Part shown: one piece after another, positions 39,112-48,300 of the stretch | How positions within the stretch are numbered: the stretch's first letter is position 1 | How the letters are laid out: each line of letters starts with the position of its first letter | Virus record (IMG/VR): IMGVR_UViG_3300033074_001867 | Reading direction: 5' to 3' (one strand) | Source: an uncultured virus (IMG/VR IMGVR_UViG_3300033074_001867) | Taxonomy: Duplodnaviria; Heunggongvirae; Uroviricota; Caudoviricetes | DNA length: 64,000 nucleotides | Program-made: the position numbers and the translations under genes | Notes under the pieces: generated by a model | What the model saw: the letters and a program-made list of their open reading frames with translations, nothing else | Databases searched by the model: none | Told to the model about the DNA's origin: nothing

Positions 39112-39741
39112 TTATACTGTTATTTTTGTCACTGCATTTATCTCGCTGAGGGCGGCATCAATTTCCATTTCAAACTCAGAAACTTCTTTATTAAGAGAAT
39201 CAATTTTCTCTTTTACTTTCAGTGGATCGAACAAATGAAATTCGTTGGCAGAAAGATATGGCGTTCTCACGTTGTCCATGTCTTCCTTGTTTACTTTCGT
39301 ATTTTCTTTTCCGAAAGTAGCTTCCAAGATTCGCTGAATGTTCTGATTTACCATGTCGTTACCACGATTTAATTCAGCAAGTGCAGCATTGTATTTTGAA
39401 GTAAGAGTAGCGATCAACTGTTTTTTGAAAATTATTGATGCTTTCATGTTGATAGCATCAGCAATTGTCATTTTCTTTCCTGCAACAGTAACGGTTGTTT
39501 TACCATTGGCTTCTACAATTGCAGACTTGATCGTAGATTTACGAGTGATCAGATCACTGATCGAATCATACTTTGACTGAGCGTCGGATTTAAAATCATC
39601 AAGTGTGATGTGGTTAGCGATCAGCTTGTCTTTCTGGTGTATTCTAACCGGAAGCAATTCTGTGATCTGTTTTTCGATTTTAGAGTCAATCAGCTTTAGT
39701 TCTGCTAGTGCTCTGTGGATAGTCATTTCTTCTTTTGCCAT
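39112..39741 (-). CDS. long coiled-coil protein (DIP1984/DUF6847-like)
   Basis: MTIHRALAELKL...IKSAI..AN..T.V...MTIADAI...EIDAALSEINA.T.I pattern. Confidence 0.65.
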   Translation of the reverse strand: MAKEEMTIHRALAELKLIDSKIEKQITELLPVRIHQKDKLIANHITLDDFKSDAQSKYDSISDLITRKSTIKSAIVEANGKTTVTVAGKKMTIADAINMKASIIFKKQLIATLTSKYNAALAELNRGNDMVNQNIQRILEATFGKENTKVNKEDMDNVRTPYLSANEFHLFDPLKVKEKIDSLNKEVSEFEMEIDAALSEINAVTKITV

Positions 39742-39762
39742 CTTCTTTTTGTTTTAAGACTA

Positions 39763-39818
39763 CAAACATACGACACTATCCGATACTGTACGCATTCGGA
39801 TTGAAAAGTTATTAACAA
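39763..39818 (-). promoter_or_regulatory. Bacteroidota-type promoter of the inverted cassette
   Basis: TATGTTTG at 39763-39770, CG cores at 39771/39781/39791, TTGTTAATAA at 39809-39818. Confidence 0.65.
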
Positions 39819-39826
39819 GGCGTAGG

Positions 39827-39882
39827 TAAGAGACAAAATTTCGATTATAACTCCATATCGCACTGCAAATAATCTATTTTTG
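39827..39882 (+). promoter_or_regulatory. putative late promoter
   Basis: TAAGAGACAAAATTT 48 nt before TATTTTTG. Confidence 0.6.
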
Positions 39883-39899
39883 GGACAAATCCATTAAAG

Positions 39900-40697
39900 A
39901 TGATCCCACTACTTCCTCTTGCGGGAATGGCCTTCAATGTTGTTCATGGACTTGTTCAACAGAATCAGGCAAGAAAAGGCTTAAATTCCCTTGTTAAACC
40001 ACAAGGATACAATACTACTCCCGAACAACAACAGTCGTATGAGCGTGCTCAGAAAGATGCCATGAGTGGGTATTCTGCTCAGGAAAGGGCTGCGTACCTT
40101 TCCAATCTGGCATCGAGAAACAATGCCGGTTATTCCAGAGCAATGAAATTTGGTGGTAATGGACTTGCAGGAGCAATTCAGGCAGGAGTCAATTACGGGA
40201 ATTCCAAAGCGCTGAATGACTTTGCTGCTAATGATGCACAGCTTCGAAGAAGTAATGTACGGTATGCAGATAGCCGTGGAGATGTGATCTCAGGACAAAG
40301 AAATAGAAATACTCAGCTGAAAAATCAGGAATACAATCAGGCAGCACAAGCCTACGGTGGAGCGATCAAAGCAGGAAAAGAAAATGTTTTCAATGCGGTT
40401 AATCTGTTCTCTGCATTAAATCCGATGGCTCTTGGTGGTATCGGTGGTGGTGCGGCAAGCAGAATGGGTGGAGGAATCACTTCTTCAGCAGGAATGCCGG
40501 ATGAAATACCTGAAACGGGAATGGGAGATGGTGCAGATGCAGGATACACAGAACAAACTTTATTTAATCCTGGGGCGGTTCCTTCAGCAACAGCAAGAGC
40601 TGATGCAGGAATTGATTGGTCTGGTGGTAACGCATGGGGAAAGCCTAATCCGAATTACGGAATGAGTCAATTAATACCTTATCAAAGAACTCGTTAA
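39900..40697 (+). CDS. ejection/cargo protein 1
   Basis: Gly/Ala/Gln-rich, low-complexity, follows the muzzle gene. Confidence 0.6.
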   Translation: MIPLLPLAGMAFNVVHGLVQQNQARKGLNSLVKPQGYNTTPEQQQSYERAQKDAMSGYSAQERAAYLSNLASRNNAGYSRAMKFGGNGLAGAIQAGVNYGNSKALNDFAANDAQLRRSNVRYADSRGDVISGQRNRNTQLKNQEYNQAAQAYGGAIKAGKENVFNAVNLFSALNPMALGGIGGGAASRMGGGITSSAGMPDEIPETGMGDGADAGYTEQTLFNPGAVPSATARADAGIDWSGGNAWGKPNPNYGMSQLIPYQRTR

Positions 40698-42373
40698 TGG
40701 CAGGTATAGGAGAAGCAATCGGTTTACAGGATAAGCCCAATTTATTTGCATCACAGGCAGCAGGAGCACTTGCCCGGTTATCGGCGGAAGAATCTGCAAG
40801 AGAAGCAGCCAGAAGGAAAGCTCAGGAAAAAGATGAAGCGGATACCAAAAAGGTAATTTCCGATGCGGATATCTATTCTAAAAATACAACCTGGCACAAG
40901 ATGTATGCTCCGGCAGTACAGCGGGAGATGGCTGATTTTGCCAATGACTACATAAACTACAAGTCAGAAAATCCAAATGCTCCGGGAAATGGTGCATATG
41001 CGGTAACCAGATTACAGGAACTTTCAGCACGCATGAACCGATTGAAGCAAAGTAACGATGCCTTCAAAGACTTTGAAAAAGGTGTGCAGGAAGGAAAGTA
41101 CTATGCAGATCCGAATCTGTTCAAGAAAATATATGAAACCGATTTTTCAAAGAAACTTTATCGTGATGATAACGGAAGAGTAGTCAGTGGAGATTGGGGC
41201 GGATTGAAACCTGATGAACGTTACGGTGCCATGATTGATGCCAACGGAGATTTCATCTCTAATCCGGTAAAGAAATTTGACTTTCAGAATAAGATCGGCG
41301 GGTTTATGAATAACTCAAATGTCTGGACAGAGAAATCACTGATCACTCAAAGACAGAAAAAAGGTGTTCCGGGAATGTATGAGGATATTTCTGTAAAAGA
41401 AGTGGATCCATTGCAGCGGGAATCATTTGTCGATGAGATCACTACCAATCCTGATGCAGTTCGTGCATGGCAAATTGAAAATAAGGATAGGCTGGATGAT
41501 GCAAGAAAGAAAGATCCTTCATTAAATAATGAACGAAATTATTCTCAGTTCGTACAGGAAACGATGGCGGAAGATGTGAGATTAAAAACTTCCGGAAGGA
41601 AAGAAGATCGTGTTGGAAGACACATTGCACCTCCGAAACCACCGAAGCCGGCAAAAGAAAGTAAAACATTGTCGCTGGATGCTTCTTTAGATGATCTGAT
41701 GAAATACATGACAGAATCAGAAGAGGAGATCATGGCTGATCCACAAAGAGTAGCATTACAAGACAATGTGGACCGGTTAGCAGGAGAAGTGGAAGAAGCA
41801 GAAGGAAAAACTTCTTTTGACAAGGACAAATTAGCCGGAATGAAAGCATCTCTGGAAGAGCAACAAGCCAAACTTGCCGGAATGGGAGATGTGAAAGCAG
41901 AAACCAAATACAATTTCCCTGTAACTTTAAAGACAGAAGGCGCAAGTACGGTAGTGAACAATAATGATGATGTGGTCGATCTTGCTACCGGAAAGAAATT
42001 GTCCGGAGTAAATCAGTTCAAGTTCATTCCAAGGCTAATAAAACTTCGAAAAGTTGGTGGAAAATGGAAGCCGTATGTGTATGGAGAGTCTACAGATAAA
42101 ATAGCGGCAACTGATAAAAATGGAAATACAGTTACGGATAAAACAGCATCAGCTACCTTTGCGGTTCCTTTAGATAAAGTAGAAGGATTTTTAAATAAGA
42201 ACGGTAATCCTACTAAGTGGGTGAGTGAAGCTATTCAGAAGGCTGGTGGTGCTGCAAAAGAAACTGCAAGCGAACAGGCATCTGACGAAGTACAAGAATT
42301 TGTAGTCGGTGGAAAGAAATATCGTGTACCTGCAAATGAAGTAGCGGCATTTAAAAAAGACATGGGACTTTAA
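40697..42373 (+). CDS. ejection/cargo protein 2
   Basis: 558 aa, TAATG-coupled, Cys-free helical protein. Confidence 0.6.
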   Translation: MAGIGEAIGLQDKPNLFASQAAGALARLSAEESAREAARRKAQEKDEADTKKVISDADIYSKNTTWHKMYAPAVQREMADFANDYINYKSENPNAPGNGAYAVTRLQELSARMNRLKQSNDAFKDFEKGVQEGKYYADPNLFKKIYETDFSKKLYRDDNGRVVSGDWGGLKPDERYGAMIDANGDFISNPVKKFDFQNKIGGFMNNSNVWTEKSLITQRQKKGVPGMYEDISVKEVDPLQRESFVDEITTNPDAVRAWQIENKDRLDDARKKDPSLNNERNYSQFVQETMAEDVRLKTSGRKEDRVGRHIAPPKPPKPAKESKTLSLDASLDDLMKYMTESEEEIMADPQRVALQDNVDRLAGEVEEAEGKTSFDKDKLAGMKASLEEQQAKLAGMGDVKAETKYNFPVTLKTEGASTVVNNNDDVVDLATGKKLSGVNQFKFIPRLIKLRKVGGKWKPYVYGESTDKIAATDKNGNTVTDKTASATFAVPLDKVEGFLNKNGNPTKWVSEAIQKAGGAAKETASEQASDEVQEFVVGGKKYRVPANEVAAFKKDMGL

Positions 42374-45300
42374 TGGGAAAATGGGATAAATATGCAGTTG
42401 AAGATACTGTTGTAGCTGAAGGTGGAAGCAAGTGGGACAAGTATGCGGTTGAAGAAACGGTAACAGAAACTCCTGCAAAGCAAACAATAAACGAAACTGT
42501 TACTGACATTCCTGCTGAAAGTTCTATTCCTACTGTTACCATGGATGCCAATGATGGACTTGTTCCTGAAGGCAGCGGTGAATTCGACATTAAAAATCCT
42601 ACTAAAGCTACCGGTGTAATTAATATTCCAAAAGGAGGTGTGACCTCTGTTGCTCTTCAGGTAGAACAGGATAAATACAATCGTTCACCGGAAGTTATTG
42701 CAGAAAATCAAAAGACGGTAAACCTTCAAGACAGTAAGCGTAAAATCATTGAAGACAATAAAACAAAGATCCGTAATCTTGGATTAAGTACTTCTTTTGC
42801 CGCAGCGAATCAAGATCCAATGGAGGGTCAGCAGCAGCAACAAATTGAAGGTGGCTTGCCGGGTAATGCAGTGGAAGCGGCACCAACCGATTTTGAAACC
42901 GGATTAAATGAAATATTAAATCCAAAAGAACTTTCTTCAACTGCGCTATTAGATGATAATGATCGAAAAGAATTATTGGAATACGCAGACAAGATTAATA
43001 AGTATGCTCCTGCAATCCAGCAACTCGGAAAGCAGTTAGAGCAAGCTCCTGATGATGTAAAAACATTAAATGACCTTGCGGATAACTTATCTGCAATTGA
43101 TGATAAGCAAACGGCTCTTTCATTGTACTCTAAAGCGAATGCAATCAAAGAGAATGGTCAATCTTTAATGGGGCTAGGGAATGTGTATTTGCAAGCAGGA
43201 CAAGACGAGGAAGCAATTAAAGCGTTCTCAGAAGCCTTTGATAAAGATGGGAATCCTGATGCACTGATAAAAGCGGCATATACCGGATCTCGAATGGATA
43301 ATTTTGAAGGATCTGACAAAATATTAAAAGAAGTAAAAAAAGAATTCCCAAACTATTCTTATTCGTATGCGCTTTCTGCATATAATAAAGAAGCAAGTGG
43401 AGATGTATCAGGAGCGAAGGTAGATAATGCTATCTATGAAAATCTTCGTCAGATGGAACTTTTGCCTGAATCTGTAAACGCAGATGATCCGAATTCTGAT
43501 TATGCGAAAGAACGTGCTTCTCAGCAAGCCCGGATGGGAAATGTAGCAGCAGCAATAGCAACTCCAATCAATTTCTTTGGTGAGATGGAAATGGGTGCAA
43601 TCAAAGGTGGTATTAAAGGATTGAAGAAAATCGGCCAGGGTGCTTATGATCTTGCTATGCCTAATTCGGCAATAGTGGGAAATAAAAGTGATGATAAGAT
43701 TGGCGCAATTTTAAATATTGCTAATGGTGCGGCTGAAACTGTTTTCTCAGGAGCAATGGCAATGACACCGGTAGTGAATGCCGGATTTCACATGCTCCCT
43801 GAATCTGTGAATAAAGTTCTGATGCAGCCACTTAATGTCATTGGAGATTTATCGGACGAAGAACTGGCAAGTTATAGCAAAAACACGCAAGGAATGTTTG
43901 CTCTTGGAAACACACTTGCTTCCATATTGTTACTGGGAGCAGTTCACAAAGGACCAAAGAAGTTTACTGCAAAAGAAAACGAAGCAATATTAAATATTGT
44001 AAAAGGTGAAGCAATTGAGGGTGAAGGTCTTTCATTAAAAGGAATTGTTGACAAAGCAAAGAAAGTACTTGAAGAGTCGAAGCTAACTGATTTTCAAGAT
44101 GCAGAAAAAGTATGGACTTCTATTCCTAAAGATCTTTCTACTCAGGATAAATTGGTAGTAGCTCCTGATCTGATCAAACGTGAGCAGTTACAGGAAGAAA
44201 TGGCAAAAGCCTCTCCTGCTTTTAAAAACTACTTTAAAGAGAAGATCGATAAGGTCGATGAAGATATCAATGCGAAACTTTCTATCAATTTAGGATTAAA
44301 AGAACAGGCAGCAGAGAAGACAAAATCGGCGGAAGCGCCACCTAAAACCATAACCAATGAAACAGTCAAAACCAGTAAAGTCGAAGAAGGTAGTGGTAGT
44401 AAGCAAGCCGAAGTCATCCGGAAAGATGAAGTCGGGCAAGAAGTGCTGATACCAGAGTACAGTGAAAAGCTAAAAGATGTTTCACCTGAAACCAAGGTTG
44501 TGGACCTTCCTGATGGAATATCAGTGGAGTTCAATGGCGAGAAGGGAACGATTGGGAGATCGGAGACGGGTGAAACACTTTTTATTAATGCAGAAGGAAA
44601 AGAAACAATTGTCGGTGGTGGTGGAGATGTGTCTACACTAGCAGAAAAGGGAATTTCCCGTACTGAAGGAACTTATTCAGATAAGCGTGGAGATTATTAT
44701 GTGAAGGATGGGCGGGTATTTGAAGTTACCAAAGATGGGCTGAAGCCTGTTTACGAAGGAGAGAAAGCCAATGTAGAACGGAAAGAAGCGATTATTCGTA
44801 AAGCTCTTAATCCGGAGAAGCCGAAAGAGAAAATTGTTGAACCGGTAGTTGAAGAGAAACCAATTGAAGTTAAACTTGAAGAAATAAAAACTGAACCGGT
44901 AGCAGAAACACCGAAAGTCGTAGCAGATACTCCTAGTTCCAGACCGATAGAAAAATTTGAATCGGAAGTAGCTTTTGAAGAAGCGGGATCAGGTCATAAT
45001 GTTTTATTTACCGATAAAGACGGAAAGAAAAGTGTAGTAGGGAAAGTATTTGGAACAGAAGGAAAAACAGGAGCAGAATTTGATTCGTGGGTAAAACCAC
45101 AGATTGAAGCAATCCATTACAAAGAAGTAGTAAAAGCTGTTGAGCGAGGAGATGTTGTTCCAAAAGAAGTTCTTGACCATTATTTATCTTCTAAAATAGA
45201 AGGTGATTACAATGGAATGTTAGCTGAAGCAATTAAATCGGTAAAAGAGAATGGTCCGAAAAAAGAAATTTTCAGCGAACAGGAGATTGGTGAAGTAATG

Positions 45301-48300
45301 GACAAAAGAGCTGAGGAGCTTTCTCAAATGAAACGAACGAAGGATTATGTGTTTCAGCTCATTCACGATAATTTTGGTGGAATAACAGAAGCACAGTGGA
45401 ACAGATTTGGAGACTCAGGTTGGCTGAAAGGAAAAGAAGGAAAGAAGTTCAGAAAGAAATATATTAAAAACGATGCCGGGAAGACAGACACAAATGATTT
45501 TGGATCATTTAGCTTATCTTCTGGAGAGGGTTCTAGTATAGAAATTACTCCGCAAAATGTTGTGGATTACATCATGGACCGTGAATTTAATCCAAAGAAG
45601 TATGACGGAAGGTTAAAACAATGGAACGATGCAGCGAGTATTCCTAAAAAAGACGTACCTTCATTATTAAGTGGTGATGATGCAATGGTATTAAGTATTG
45701 CAGAATCTAACCGTGGATTGGGAATGACCGATCTGGAAGTGGATACAATCAAAAGATACGTAGAAAGCAAAGCAAAAAATGAAGCAAGAGCGAAAAATAC
45801 CAAGCCAAGATCAGCAGAAAGCACACCAAAAAGTGAGGGAGTTGCTGCAAAGAGCGAACGAGTGGGACGAAAGCCAGGAGAAAAAGCTCAGAAAAAGAAA
45901 GATGAAGCTAAAAGTGTAAAGGCTGAAGAGAGTAAGTATGTTGAAGCGGAAAAAAAGATCAGTAAGATTTTTGATACACTTCGAGCGAAACTGATTGCTG
46001 ATCTTCCGGAAGGAACAAAGAAAAGTGGTGTAGGTGCGAAAGAGGTGCTGGATGCTGCGGAGAAAATTGTGAAGGCTGCGCTGAAAGCCGGGGAAGCGAT
46101 TGAAAAAGCTATTCAGAAAGGCAAGGATTACATTAATGAGAATTGGAAGAAGGAGTTTGGTGATATTGAAAATATTATTGGGAAAGAATCAGAGGTTAAG
46201 CCAAAAGGATTAAACCAAGATCAATTAAAAATTGCCGAGTCTAAAGATTTTAAAGAATGGTTTGGTGATTGGGAGAAAAAAGAAGGAAGTGTAAGCAAAG
46301 TCATAAATAAAGATGGAGAGCCATTAGTTGTATATCACGGCTCTCCAAAAATCTTCAGCGACTTTAATTCAAACAAATTAGGAGAATATACTGGTGCAGA
46401 TTTATCAAAGGAAGGGTTTTTCTTTTCTGATAAAAAGAGTGTATCAGAAACATACAGGAAAGCGGCAGTTTTAGATAGTCCTAATTTAAGCAAATTGAAT
46501 AATGCTTTAGGAAAGCTGACTGATAAAAAACTAATAAAGCTACTAAATAAAGTATTTGGTTATGGAGAAAGCCAATTTGAGGGGACATCTAAAAAAGATT
46601 TAATAGAAGAAATTTTTAGGGATGTCGAAATTGATTCAGAGGGGGTTTATTCGGATAGGCGAAAATATATTGAGGGTGTTTCTGAATTCTTAAAAAAAGA
46701 AGGTATTGAGTTTAATCCGTATAAAGATATAGGTAGCACGAATAGTGTTTTTTTAAATATGAAAAAACCATTCACTCTTGATGCGAAGGGTGAAGATGTT
46801 CAACAATTAGAATTATCTGATATATTTAAGAAAATCAAGAAAGAGGGACACGATGGAGTTATTATAAAAAACGCTTATGATGCAGTAGTTTTTGAAGAAA
46901 AAGGGTTTGATAATATAAAGTCTAATTTATATATTATTTTTAAGCCAGACCAGGCGAAGATTATTAATAATGCAAATCGTGTTTTCGAAAAAGATAACCT
47001 ATCAAAATATTATGGTGCAGAGAAGTCGGTTAAAGCGGCATTTGAAAAGCTCCGTGAAAAACTAATTCCCAAGTTACCGGAAGGTACAGAGAAAATGGGT
47101 CTTGGCATGGAAGAGCTGCTCAATGCAGCAGAGAAAGTGATCATCGGTGCAATCAGAGCAGGAGAGAAGATCGATGTAGCTATCAGCAAAGGACTTGATC
47201 ACTTAAAAGAAAAGTGGGATGATTCCTTTGGTGAATTCCCTGAGAAAGAACTGCGTGATATTTTAAAGGAAAACGGAGAAATTCAGTTGTCTCACGAAAA
47301 AATAGATGCTTTAAGAGAAAAACATGGACTGGAAGAAAGAGAGATCAATGATCCGGTTTCTGTTGAAAAGACTCGTGCTGAAGCACAAAAGATAATTAAA
47401 AAAGGTTTTGATGTTATAAAGCTATCTAATGATGTTTTAAAAAAGGAAAGAACAATCACTCCGGTAGAACGTGCGATACTTGCAGAGCGTGTGGCTATTT
47501 TGAATAAAGAACTTTTGGAAGGTGATACCGCTTCTCCTGAGTATGCAAAGAAACTTGAAGAACTTGATAAAATATCTAAAGCGGCTGCTATTGCAAACTC
47601 TGCTGCGGGTTCTTCTTTAGGATCAATTGCACATTTAAAAGTAGTGCCGGACGAATCACTTGCCGGTTATTTTCAGGAACAGCGAAGAGTTAACAAAGAA
47701 GGTGCGCTTACTGAAAAGCAAACTGCTACCAACAAAAAGGAATTTGAAGAAATCACCAAAGTAAAGGAAGCGTACGAGAAAAAGATTGCTAAACTTCAGG
47801 AAGATAATAACCGGTTAAAAGCCGAAAAGCAACTTGAAAAACTTTCTAAAAAAACTTCCAAGCGTACTGCGAAAGAAAAACTCGATGAAGATTTTGACCT
47901 GTTAGCAAAAGAGTTTTCTTCCATTGCAAAGAACACATTGAATGCCGGTATCAATCCTGAACTGATTCCCGTTGTCTTAAAGATGGTGAAAAACCGTGTG
48001 GAGAAAGGCGTGATCACACTCTCAGAAGTGGTGGATGCGGTACACGAAAAGGTTGGTGAATTTGGTATTTCCAAAGAAGATATTATTGCTGCTATTGCCG
48101 GTAAAAGCGGCGTGGAAAGAACACGATCGGAAGTTGCTAAGAATGGTTATGAGTTAAAGCAAGAAGCAAGATTGGTTCAAAAGTTAATGGACCTTCAGAA
48201 TGGTAAGGAGCCAAGTTCTGAAAGAGGAAAGATCCAGAAGAATGCCAGGTTGGAAGAACTACGCAAGCAGATCAAAGAACATGATCTGACAAAACTTGCG

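Noticed and set aside
47881..47900. DEDFD as an RNA polymerase catalytic motif
   Set aside because: Lies in a charged helical region without the surrounding double-psi barrel context
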